Source: Vicinamibacterales bacterium
GTDB taxonomy: Bacteria > Acidobacteriota > Vicinamibacteria > Vicinamibacterales > UBA2999
NCBI GenBank assembly: GCA_038919385.1
Contig: JBCKZH010000001.1
Span: 26,192 to 90,191, forward strand
Reading direction: 5' to 3'
DNA length: 64,000 bases
Shown: positions 56,250-64,000 of the stretch, in pieces
How the letters are laid out: every line of letters begins with the position of its first letter
Position numbering within the stretch: the stretch's first letter is position 1
Notes under the pieces: generated by a model
Told to the model about the DNA's origin: nothing
Databases searched by the model: none
The model's input: the letters and a program-made list of their open reading frames with translations, nothing else
Made by a program: the position numbers and the translations under genes

Positions 56250-57872
56250 ATGGCCTACCAAGTCCTTGCCCGCAAGTGGCGACCGCAACGCTTCGAGGAC
56301 GTCCTCGGGCAGCAGGCCGTCACGCGCACCCTCAAGAACGCGCTCAAGAGCAAGCGGATTGCGCAGGCATTCGTGTTGTCGGGGCCTCGCGGCTGCGGCA
56401 AGACGACCACCGCGCGCATTCTGGCGCGGGCGCTGAGCTGCGCGAAGGGGCCGACGCCCGAGCCGTGCGGGGTCTGCGACGCGTGCATTGAGATTGCCGA
56501 AGGCCGCGACATCGACGTGCTGGAGATCGATGCCGCCACGCATACCGGCGTCGACAACGTCCGCGAAGTGATTGTCGAAGGGCTGGCCATTGCGCCGGTG
56601 CGCAACCGCTACAAGATCTTCATCATCGACGAAGTCCACATGCTGTCGGCCTCGTCGTTCAACGCGCTGCTCAAGTCGATTGAAGAGCCGCCGCCGCACG
56701 TCATCTTCATGATGGCGACGACCGAGCAGCACAAGATTCCCGACACGGTGCTGTCGCGTTCGCAGGTCTACGAGTTCCGCACCATCTCCGCCAAGGTGGT
56801 GGCCGATCGGCTGCGGCTGATTGCCAGCGAAGAGAAGATCGAGATTCCCGAAGCGGGCCTGTTGCTGCTGGCACGCGCCGGCGAGGGTAGCATGCGCGAC
56901 TCGCTGAGCGCCTTCGACCAGGTGCGGGCCTTCGCCGGCGACTCGATCGTCGTCGAGGACGTGGTGACCGTGCTTGGCCTGGTCGGGCGCGACCTGGTGT
57001 TCGACATGCTCGACGCGGTGGTGAGCGAGGACGCGCCGGCGGCGTTCGCCCTCGTCGAACGCGCCATCGAGCGGGGATACGACCTGCGGCTGCTGTGCCG
57101 TGAACTGGCGCGCGCGACGCGCGACCTGCTGATCCTGTCGGTGGATCCGAAGCGCGCGTCCGATCCGGACGTGGCGGCGGAGGCCGAGGGCGAACGCCTG
57201 CTCGCCATGGCCGGGCAGTGGTCGCGCGAAGACCTGCTGCGTGCCTTCGATGCGCTGACCAGGACCGAGCAGGAAGTGCGCGTGTCAGATCAGCCGCGCT
57301 ACAACCTCGAGATGGGGCTTCTCCGACTGATGCACCTCAGAAAGCTGGTCCCGCTCGGGGAATTACTGGGACTCGCGGAACGAGCGGCGCCGGTTCCGGT
57401 GAGGGCCACGCCGCCTCCCGCGAAGGTGGCCGCCGTTCCCAGCACAGCGAGCACCCCAAGCACCCTGAAAGATTCCTTCCTCGCCGAGATCAAGGCGAGT
57501 AAATCCACTTTCTACAACTTGGTCGTCGCGTCGGCCTATAGCATCGACGTGACGCCAGAGAAGATTACGTTCACCTTCCAGCCAAACAAGAAGAACGCCA
57601 AGGCGCAGTGCGAGGATCAGAAGGCGTGGCTCGGAACGATTGCCGAAAAGGTGGTCGGCCGGCCGCTTCCCGTGGCTATTGTGCTTGCCGACGCCGATGC
57701 CCCGCCGGCGCCCGCGCCGGCCAGCCTGGGGTCGCCCGTCGCCGCGCCCAGCGGGCAACGGGCCGACTTGTCCTCCGAAGCCTCGGCGAAGGAGGAGGTC
57801 ATGGCCAATGCCACCGTGCAGGCCGTGCTGGAGATCTTCCCGGTGGATAAGACCACGATTGAAGAGAGGTAG
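56250..57872 (+). CDS. dnaX: DNA polymerase III subunit gamma/tau
   Basis: MAYQVLARKWRPQRFEDVLGQQ, GPRGCGKTTTARILA, CGVCDAC, YKIFIIDEVHMLS, GEGSMRDSLS. Confidence 0.96.
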   Translation: MAYQVLARKWRPQRFEDVLGQQAVTRTLKNALKSKRIAQAFVLSGPRGCGKTTTARILARALSCAKGPTPEPCGVCDACIEIAEGRDIDVLEIDAATHTGVDNVREVIVEGLAIAPVRNRYKIFIIDEVHMLSASSFNALLKSIEEPPPHVIFMMATTEQHKIPDTVLSRSQVYEFRTISAKVVADRLRLIASEEKIEIPEAGLLLLARAGEGSMRDSLSAFDQVRAFAGDSIVVEDVVTVLGLVGRDLVFDMLDAVVSEDAPAAFALVERAIERGYDLRLLCRELARATRDLLILSVDPKRASDPDVAAEAEGERLLAMAGQWSREDLLRAFDALTRTEQEVRVSDQPRYNLEMGLLRLMHLRKLVPLGELLGLAERAAPVPVRATPPPAKVAAVPSTASTPSTLKDSFLAEIKASKSTFYNLVVASAYSIDVTPEKITFTFQPNKKNAKAQCEDQKAWLGTIAEKVVGRPLPVAIVLADADAPPAPAPASLGSPVAAPSGQRADLSSEASAKEEVMANATVQAVLEIFPVDKTTIEER

Positions 57873-57890
57873 GCCTCAAGCCGCACGCCT

Positions 57891-58187
57891 ATGGATATCC
57901 AGAACATGATGAAGCAGGCGCAGGAGATGCAGGAGCGCCTGCAGCAGGAGATGTCGCGCCTGATCGTGCAGGCGACCGCCGGCGGCGGCATGGTCACCGT
58001 GACCGTCAACGGCCACAAGCATCTGCAGAAGATCGCCATCGATCCCGAAGTCGTGTCGAAAGACGATGTCGGCATGCTGCAGGACCTGATTGTCGCCGCG
58101 GTCAACGACGCCCATCGCAAGGTGGATGAGGCGATGAAGCAGAGAATGGGCGGCCTGCTCGGCGGCATGGGCCTGCCCGGACTCTAA
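57891..58187 (+). CDS. ybaB: YbaB/EbfC family nucleoid-associated protein
   Basis: 98 aa. MMKQAQEMQERLQ, AGGGMVTVTVNG, LQDLIVAAVNDA. Confidence 0.95.
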   Translation: MDIQNMMKQAQEMQERLQQEMSRLIVQATAGGGMVTVTVNGHKHLQKIAIDPEVVSKDDVGMLQDLIVAAVNDAHRKVDEAMKQRMGGLLGGMGLPGL

Positions 58188-58242
58188 TGGAGCGTCTCAA
58201 CGCCAACGCTTCGATGGGCAGTTGCGCTCGACGACGTGTGCT

Positions 58243-58265
58243 GGGCCGTTCCTACGGAACGGCCC
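58243..58265 (+). other. Perfect 10-bp hairpin between ybaB and recR
   Basis: GGGCCGTTCC tac GGAACGGCCC. No T-tract. Confidence 0.5.
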
Positions 58266-58294
58266 GCAGTCCTATCGAACAGGTTCCCACCTAA

Positions 58295-58891
58295 ATGGCG
58301 CTACCCGCGTCCCTGCAGGAACTCGTCGATCAGTTCAAGCGGCTGCCTGGTGTCGGCGGCAAGAGCGCGCAGCGGCTGGCGTTCCACATCCTGCGGACGC
58401 CGCGGGAGGACGCCGAGCGCCTGTGCCAGGCGATTCGCGACGTCAAGGATCGCGTCACCTACTGCACGACCTGCAACAACATTACCGATACCGACCCGTG
58501 CCTGATGTGCGGCGACGACAGCCGCGACCACCGCGTCATCTGCGTCGTCGAAGAGCCGCAGAACGTGCATGTGGTGGATCGCACGGGCGGGTTCAAGGGC
58601 GTGTTTCACGTGCTGATGGGCGTCATTTCGCCGCTACAGGGCGTCGGACCGGACGACCTCAAGATCAAGGGCCTGCTCGCGCGCATTGGCGTCGATGGGG
58701 TCGATGAAGTGATTCTGGCGACCAATCCCACGGTGGAGGGCGAGGCTACCGCCATTTACCTGGCCCGCCTGCTCAAGCCGCTCGGCGTTCGCGTCACCCG
58801 CATCGCCACCGGCATCCCGGTCGGCAGCGATCTCGACTACGTCGACGACCTGACGGTCGGGAAAGCGATGGACGGGCGCCGGGAAGTGTAG
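58295..58891 (+). CDS. recR: Recombination protein RecR
   Basis: [18 protein letters not shown]4 zinc finger CTTCNN...CLMCGD, Toprim [22 protein letters not shown]. Confidence 0.97.
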   Translation: MALPASLQELVDQFKRLPGVGGKSAQRLAFHILRTPREDAERLCQAIRDVKDRVTYCTTCNNITDTDPCLMCGDDSRDHRVICVVEEPQNVHVVDRTGGFKGVFHVLMGVISPLQGVGPDDLKIKGLLARIGVDGVDEVILATNPTVEGEATAIYLARLLKPLGVRVTRIATGIPVGSDLDYVDDLTVGKAMDGRREV

Positions 58892-58905
58892 AATTCGACT
58901 ACCCC

Positions 58906-59553
58906 ATGCTTCCCGCCGCGTATCAGGTCCCAGCGGCCGCCGTCCTCATCGTCGGCGGGTTCCTCGCATGTTTTTGGGGCTACCGTCTGTTCAAGGTGGT
59001 GTTGGCCCTGTTCGGCTTCATCATCGGCGCCCTGGCGGCCAGCTCGGTTTTTGGCGCCACTGACACCACCCCAATGGTGATTGGCGCCCTGGTCGGGGGC
59101 GTGGCCGGCGCGGCCTTGCTGCTGGCCGCGTACTTCGTGGGCGTGGCACTGATCGGCGCTGGCATCGGCGCGCTCGTCGTCAACTTAATCTGGACGCAAG
59201 TCGAAGGCGACCCGCACCCGTTTGTCGTGATCCTGTTCTCGGTGGCGGGCGCGGTGCTGGCCACCTGGCTGCAACGCTACGTGATCATCCTCGGCACTGC
59301 GTTTGGCGGTGCGTGGACCCTGCTGGTTGGTGGCCTGGCGATCATGGGCGACAGCGGGCCGCTGAAGGCGGCGGCGCAGGGCGACGTATGGGTGGCGTAT
59401 CCGCTGAACCCGGCACCGGGCCTGTCATGGCTGCCGTGGGCGTGGTTCGCGCTCGGTGCGTTCGGCACGCTGGTGCAGATGCTCTGGACCGGCGGCGACA
59501 GGGGGCGTGTCGTCAAGAGCAACAAGAAGAAGGGGCTGCCGAAGACAGACTAG
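58906..59553 (+). CDS. Multi-pass membrane protein (TM7S3/TM198-like, DUF4203-type)
   Basis: 215 aa, Gly/Ala-rich helices, C-terminal basic tail KSNKKKGLPK. Family name is from memory. Confidence 0.65.
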   Translation: MLPAAYQVPAAAVLIVGGFLACFWGYRLFKVVLALFGFIIGALAASSVFGATDTTPMVIGALVGGVAGAALLLAAYFVGVALIGAGIGALVVNLIWTQVEGDPHPFVVILFSVAGAVLATWLQRYVIILGTAFGGAWTLLVGGLAIMGDSGPLKAAAQGDVWVAYPLNPAPGLSWLPWAWFALGAFGTLVQMLWTGGDRGRVVKSNKKKGLPKTD

Positions 59554-59587
59554 GCTTGCGACCTGCGACTTGCGGCCTGAAAACACC

Positions 59588-59622
59588 CAAGCCTCAAGCC
59601 TCAAGCCTCAAGCCTCAAGCCG
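59588..59622. repeat. Heptamer tandem repeat (CAAGCCT x4 plus CAAGCCG)
   Basis: Read directly. The minus-strand stop codon of the oxidoreductase gene (59608-59610) lies inside the array. Confidence 0.95.
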
Positions 59623-60570
59623 AGCGGCCGCCAACCCGCTGAGAAACGCATCCTCTACCCGCGACCCCAGGCACCAATCTCCGCACAACGTCACGCGCGA
59701 GTCGGCGTGATGAATCGCCGCCACCGCCAGCGGCGGATCCGCCAGCGCGTACCGCCAGCGATGCGCCGTGGCGTAAAACGCGCGGGGCAGTCCATTCGGA
59801 ATCAGATCGTGGAACGCCTCCATCAGGAATGAGCCGACGACCTCCGGGTCGTCGTCGAGGTGCGTGGCGCTCCACTGCGTGGTGGCATGCAGCACCCAGG
59901 CATCGACCTTCCACTCGCGCTTGGGTTTCGACTGGTTGCGCGCAATCCATCCCAGCGGGCTGCCCTGCACGAACGCGCCATCGAAACGCGCGGGTACGCG
60001 CTCGTCAAACGCCGCCAGCACCGCCCAGCACGGGCGCGCCATCACCGGCGCGAGCGCGGCTGACAGTTCGGGAATGTGCGCGACCAGCGGCCGCGCCTGG
60101 TCGGCGGCCACGGCGAGGATCACCCGATCGAATTCGCGGGTGAGCGGTTCGATTGTTTCAACGCGCTCGCTGTAGCGAACCTCGAGCCCCATGGCCATCG
60201 CCGCTGCCAGCGCGCGCATTCCGGGGATGCCAACGTAGCGCTCGGTCGCGGTCGCCACATCCTCCCAGCCCTCGCTGTCGAACGTCACGATGCGGCCGTC
60301 CCATTTCGCGGCGATGCGATCGCGCAGCCAGCCGTCAACGGCGGCTCGAAACCGCGGATCGCGGACGGTGAAATATTGGGCGCCGTGGTCGAAGGCGAGC
60401 GTGGCGCCGGCCGCGCCCTTGGGCATCTCGATGTCGCGGACGTGCCGCGTCGCGGCGCGGCCCCCGGGCTCACGCGCCCGTTCAAACACCACCACGTCGT
60501 GGCCGAAGTCACGCAGTGCCCTGGCGGCCGACAGGCCGGCGATGCCGGCGCCGACGATGGCTGCTCTCAC
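59608..60570 (-). CDS. NAD(P)/FAD-dependent oxidoreductase (renalase-like)
   Basis: GTG at 60570: VRAAIVGAGIAGLSAARAL...VFERAREPGGRA (Rossmann GxGxxG) and FDHGAQYFT. The alternative upstream start at 60648 would overlap the next gene. Confidence 0.8.
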   Translation of the reverse strand: MRAAIVGAGIAGLSAARALRDFGHDVVVFERAREPGGRAATRHVRDIEMPKGAAGATLAFDHGAQYFTVRDPRFRAAVDGWLRDRIAAKWDGRIVTFDSEGWEDVATATERYVGIPGMRALAAAMAMGLEVRYSERVETIEPLTREFDRVILAVAADQARPLVAHIPELSAALAPVMARPCWAVLAAFDERVPARFDGAFVQGSPLGWIARNQSKPKREWKVDAWVLHATTQWSATHLDDDPEVVGSFLMEAFHDLIPNGLPRAFYATAHRWRYALADPPLAVAAIHHADSRVTLCGDWCLGSRVEDAFLSGLAAARLEA

Positions 60571-60590
60571 TTCTTCGTTATTCTCGACGT

Positions 60591-61088
60591 TCAGAATGCG
60601 TCGCCGATGAACGCCAGCATTCGGCCGCAATACAGCACTGTAAACCACGAGACCAGCGAGACGAGGCCGACCAGCTTGGCCGCGCGCGGCGTATCGCCCG
60701 TGCCGTCGGCCGCGAGCACCTGTGCCGCGAGCGTCGTCTCATAGAACGCGGCATTCACTCCCGCGAGCAGGAGGAAGCCCATCTTGTACCACCACACCGG
60801 GTTGTGGGCGTACTGCTCGGGCAAGCCGGTCAGGAACACCAGTCCCGTCATCACGTTGATGGCGAATCCGGCCAGGGCATACGGCATCAGATCCCGGACC
60901 GCGGCAATCGAGACCCGTTTGAAGAACCCCATCAGGCGCAGGTCCAGGAACCCGGTGATGCCGACCAGGAGGCTCAAACCCATGAAGTGCAGCGACTCGC
61001 ACAGCGGCCAGATCCATGTGCTCTGGTTGATCCACTCCGAGGCCGGAGTGGCTCGCAGCCAATGCACGAAGACATCAAGGGTCGGCAT
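60591..61088 (-). CDS. Four-helix integral membrane protein, paralog A
   Basis: 165 aa. Shares W-x-WP, LHxxGL, DLRLxG, GFAIN and GRxLA blocks with the adjacent gene. Confidence 0.7.
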   Translation of the reverse strand: MPTLDVFVHWLRATPASEWINQSTWIWPLCESLHFMGLSLLVGITGFLDLRLMGFFKRVSIAAVRDLMPYALAGFAINVMTGLVFLTGLPEQYAHNPVWWYKMGFLLLAGVNAAFYETTLAAQVLAADGTGDTPRAAKLVGLVSLVSWFTVLYCGRMLAFIGDAF

Positions 61089-61097
61089 ATCGGCGGC

Positions 61098-61556
61098 TTA
61101 CAGGTAGGCCATGAGGCGGCCGGCGACGATCGCGCCGGCCCAGAGCAGAAGTGACAGGGCCGCCAGCGGGCGGAGAGTGGCGGCTTCGCCCTGTTGGTGC
61201 AGGCGCTTCGATATCACTCGCGCCACGACCAGCGCGACGGTGATCAGCGCCAGCTTGACGTAGAACACGCGCTGGCCCGACTTGGTCGTGGCATCCGCCA
61301 TGAACAGCAACAGGCCCGAGGCGAAGTTGATGGCGAAGCCCCACCACATGATCGGGAAGAACGCGCGCAGCGAGGCAATCGGGATCCGTGGTGCCGTCCC
61401 GAGCAGCCGCAGATCGACCACGGCGTTGACGCCGACGACGATGGCGAGGCCGACGGTGTGCAGCGTCAGAATGGTGGGGTAGGCCCAAATCGAGGGCGAC
61501 TCGCGCGCCCACGTCGCCAGCGCCAGCCCCTCGATCCAGGCGAACAGGTCGGTCAC
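61098..61556 (-). CDS. Four-helix integral membrane protein, paralog B
   Basis: 152 aa, alignable with 60591-61088 along its whole length. Confidence 0.7.
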   Translation of the reverse strand: MTDLFAWIEGLALATWARESPSIWAYPTILTLHTVGLAIVVGVNAVVDLRLLGTAPRIPIASLRAFFPIMWWGFAINFASGLLLFMADATTKSGQRVFYVKLALITVALVVARVISKRLHQQGEAATLRPLAALSLLLWAGAIVAGRLMAYL

Positions 61557-61566
61557 GCTGGTGACG

Positions 61567-61971
61567 CTACCGTCCCGGCTCTTTCGGCACGGTGCCGCGC
61601 AGAATCGTGGTGCCGTCGGCCTTCATCAGCAGATGGATGCAGCACAGGCCGTGCGAGCCCTCGGCTCGCGACGGCTGTCCGGCGACCCGGATCTCGGTGC
61701 CCGGCTTCAGCGTTTCCATCGTCAGGTTGTTGCGCACCAGCTGCGCGCCGGTGCCCATCTCGACCTGCCACTCGACTTTCTTGCCCTTGTCATCGACGTC
61801 GAGATACAGAAACGAGTGCGGGTTCCTGATGTTGAGCTTGGTTACGACGCCGCGGATTTCCACCTTCTTGGTGGCGTCGTAGAACGGTCCGCTCGAATGA
61901 TGCGCGATGGCCGGCGCCGCCACCGCGGCCGCCACTACCGCTCCCACGAGGATCGATCGCTTCACGTTCAT
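61567..61971 (-). CDS. Small secreted protein whose predicted mature N-terminus is His-His (DUF6152-like)
   Basis: MNVKRSILVGAVVAAAVAAPAIA | HHSSGPFYD...VEIRGVVTKLNIRNPHSFLYLDV. DUF name is from memory. Confidence 0.7.
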   Translation of the reverse strand: MNVKRSILVGAVVAAAVAAPAIAHHSSGPFYDATKKVEIRGVVTKLNIRNPHSFLYLDVDDKGKKVEWQVEMGTGAQLVRNNLTMETLKPGTEIRVAGQPSRAEGSHGLCCIHLLMKADGTTILRGTVPKEPGR

Positions 61972-61981
61972 ATGCTCCTCT

Positions 61982-62764
61982 TCACTTGTACTTCGGAACC
62001 ATCATCTTGATTGGCGCCCGCGACGATTCGGCATCGCATTCCCAGGCTTCGAGCTGGTAGCCTGGCGCCCCTGCCAGCCAGCGCGTCGTGTACGACGCGG
62101 GTTGACGGAGGAACAGCGGGTCCTCGATCGTCAGCGTCAGCTTCAGCTCGTCGTTTTCTTTCCAGTAGCGCTCCGTGACTTTCTTGAGTGAAGACGAGGG
62201 GATGCCGTTGTAGTCGTCGAAGCCGGTGATGTCGAACAGAAAGTGATCGGTCTCGACAATCAGCGCGTTGCCTTCGTAACGGCCGACCGAGAAACCCTGC
62301 AGGCTGAAGTCCTGGATGGTGGGTTTGCGGCCGTCGAGCCAGATCGTGCGCGTCTGGTCGTCCTTCTCATAGCGCATGACCACGCGGTCCGGCCATTGGA
62401 CCAGCTGCATGTAGTACGGGTCGTATTGAATGGCTGGCGACGATGAGGGCACGCAGTCGTACTTCGGCGCGATCGCCTCGTCAAAGGCCTTCATGTAGAC
62501 CACACCGCGCTCGTTGAGCACCGGGAAGTTGGTCTTGGTCCAGGGGAAGTTCTCGCTGTTCATCGGGCGGGCCCGCGTGCCGCCGTTCCACATGCCGGCG
62601 AGGTCGGGGAACCGGCTGACGATGGGCGGAGGCGTCGCACCGGCCTGCCGCGGAGCCGGTGCGCCGGCGGGGGCCTGGGCCTGCTGGGCGGAACCCGGAG
62701 CCGTTGCCAGAAGCGCGGCACACGCCAGCGCGCCAACTGTTCTGATCGTTCCATGGCTTCTCAT
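61982..62764 (-). CDS. Secreted hypothetical protein
   Basis: Internal ATG at 62764: MRSHGTIRTVGALACAALLATAPGSAQ. Coding-like composition throughout. No family recognised. Confidence 0.65.
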   Translation of the reverse strand: MRSHGTIRTVGALACAALLATAPGSAQQAQAPAGAPAPRQAGATPPPIVSRFPDLAGMWNGGTRARPMNSENFPWTKTNFPVLNERGVVYMKAFDEAIAPKYDCVPSSSPAIQYDPYYMQLVQWPDRVVMRYEKDDQTRTIWLDGRKPTIQDFSLQGFSVGRYEGNALIVETDHFLFDITGFDDYNGIPSSSLKKVTERYWKENDELKLTLTIEDPLFLRQPASYTTRWLAGAPGYQLEAWECDAESSRAPIKMMVPKYK

Positions 62765-62839
62765 TCCCCGGCCTCCGTTAATGGTGATCGAACTGCGCTG
62801 TGCTGCCCAGAGCGGCACGGCACCAAATCCTACACCGGT

Positions 62840-63979
62840 TCAGCGTCCGGACAACACGCGTCCCAGGCTGCCGAAGTAGCCGGTCATCTCGAGATAGCCG
62901 GAACCGGTGATGGGTTGACCCGAGCGCGCGCCGGAGACATCGATCGCGCCTTCCCAGTAGGCAACCCCCGTTGATCGCTCGAGTGCCAGTTCCTGATCGT
63001 TCAGCGGTGTCGTGACCTTCAGATCCAGCTTCTCTGATGGCACGGTGATCGACCACTCGATGGGGTAGATCGCGCCGTTCTTCGACTTGAACGTGGCTCG
63101 TCCCGGCACCAGCGTGAAATCACTGACGCCAAGATGGGTGGCGCGTCCGTCCGTACCGACGAGCGTGCCGCTCGATCGCGGGTCGCGACTGCCATCGTCG
63201 CGCCGTAACTGATAGAGCATCAGCTCGCGGCCGTCCGACAGTTGAAGGGACAGCCAGTCCCATCCCCGTTGCCCGGGTTCGAGAAAGCTGGTGCCAAATT
63301 CGTGATCCATCCAGCTCTCGCCGGTGACCTCGAAGCGCTCGCCGTCCACGACGATCGACCCGCGCGTGGGCATGCGAGTGAGGGAGTAGTAGTGCGACGC
63401 GTTGCCGGCCTGGGCGCCCTTCTGGCTGATACCGCCGATGCCGTGAATAACTGGCGCCTTGCCTTCGTCTAGCTCGAGATCGATCGCGGCCCGTGGACTG
63501 GTGGCTCGAAGTTCGTGTCGGGCCCCGGCTAGTGTCGCGGTCCAATCATCGTTCCAGACCCGGTAACGGTCGGTGGCCGCTCCCGCCAGTCCCGGCCCGC
63601 CGCGCGACAGCTTCTCGGCATAGCGATAGCGACGACCCGACGGATCGCTGATGGCAAGATGCGTCATGTAGAGATCGCGAACCGCCCACTTCGAGGGATT
63701 CGACGGTGCCGAATCGACGCCGACACGGAAGAAGGTGATCTGGTAGCCGAACCGCCGGCCGTCCTTGGCCTTCACGTTGCCGGTGTAGTACCACCATTCG
63801 ATCTTGTAGTCGGGATGCGACGCGTGATCGCGCGGGAACGCGTAGGTATAGCCGGCAGTCGCCTCTTTCCAGGGCGATTGCGCGCCGGCACTGGCCGCCA
63901 GAACTACGCACCCAAGCACCCAAGCACCGAAGCACCTGAGCACCCCAGCACCGAAGCACCTGAGCACCTTATTCGTCAT
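62840..63979 (-). CDS. Secreted lipocalin-like protein of the CrtC/AttH (hydroxyneurosporene-synthase-like) family
   Basis: FPRDHASHPDYKIEWWYYTGN, GYQITFFR, SHYYSLTRM, GESWMDHEFG, VAYWEGA, GSGYLEMTGY. Confidence 0.8.
   Translation of the reverse strand: MTNKVLRCFGAGVLRCFGAWVLGCVVLAASAGAQSPWKEATAGYTYAFPRDHASHPDYKIEWWYYTGNVKAKDGRRFGYQITFFRVGVDSAPSNPSKWAVRDLYMTHLAISDPSGRRYRYAEKLSRGGPGLAGAATDRYRVWNDDWTATLAGARHELRATSPRAAIDLELDEGKAPVIHGIGGISQKGAQAGNASHYYSLTRMPTRGSIVVDGERFEVTGESWMDHEFGTSFLEPGQRGWDWLSLQLSDGRELMLYQLRRDDGSRDPRSSGTLVGTDGRATHLGVSDFTLVPGRATFKSKNGAIYPIEWSITVPSEKLDLKVTTPLNDQELALERSTGVAYWEGAIDVSGARSGQPITGSGYLEMTGYFGSLGRVLSGR
63908..63971. repeat. Octamer array (GCACCnnn x8; equals a 24-nt unit x2.7) inside the signal-peptide coding region
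   Basis: GCACCCAA GCACCCAA GCACCGAA GCACCTGA GCACCCCA GCACCGAA GCACCTGA GCACCTTA. On the coding strand this encodes VLRCFGAG VLRCFGAW VLGC. Confidence 0.95.
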
Positions 63980-64000
63980 GGGACAGCACCAGTTGCGCCG

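Noticed and set aside
56250-57872. Programmed -1 frameshift site in dnaX (A AAA AAG type)
   Set aside because: No A-rich slippery heptamer was seen in the gene.

Overview
High-GC (about 65-70% by eye) bacterial chromosomal window. It is probably Acidobacteriota: several TonB-dependent receptors carry N-terminal carboxypeptidase-regulatory-like domains, and toxin-antitoxin (TA) density is very high. This taxonomic call is inference only.

Core content, all read from the ORF track or by hand translation:
- A partial NdvB-type cyclic beta-1,2-glucan synthase that runs off the window edge and is absent from the ORF track.
- argG and glgB.
- Four TonB-dependent receptors. One is behind a cobalamin riboswitch and one is interrupted by an in-frame TAA.
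- A rhomboid protease and a CNNM/CorC protein.
- Two ABC-F ATPases.
- A peptide ABC-uptake/dipeptidase cluster.
- A tight asd-lysC-dapB-dapA-dapD-dapE lysine operon.
- The conserved SRP-RNA-dnaX-ybaB-recR block.
- tRNA-Ser(GGA).
- A minus-strand cluster of secreted and membrane proteins of unknown function at the right edge.

Accessory content:
- (i) A 4-gene double TA operon at 4.8-6.6 kb.
- (ii) A TA island at 20.6-23.5 kb that abuts a truncated dus gene. It contains two paralogous overlapping modules of a small ORF plus a minimal nucleotidyltransferase (NTase).
- (iii) A lower-GC segment at 42.2-47.7 kb next to tRNA-Ser. Three TA loci there keep intact antitoxins but have toxins deleted to stubs.

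Two window-wide themes stand out. First, many genes have decayed by internal deletion, frameshift or nonsense codon. Second, a family of 7-18-nt tandem arrays (many built on CAAGCC/GGCTTG) sits at gene boundaries, sometimes as inverted arrays that form hairpins.

Most interesting candidates:
- A phased GGTTC array plus intrinsic terminator that looks like an attenuator directly in front of the lysine operon.
- A four-helix-bundle (23S-IVS-protein family) gene bracketed by inverted 18-mer arrays that pair with G-U wobbles only on the sense strand.
- The duplicated small-ORF/NTase modules.
- The orphan-antitoxin string.
- An octamer/24-nt repeat inside a signal-peptide coding region.

No CRISPR array, integrase, transposase or rRNA was seen. 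All family assignments are from memory of motifs. No database search was run.
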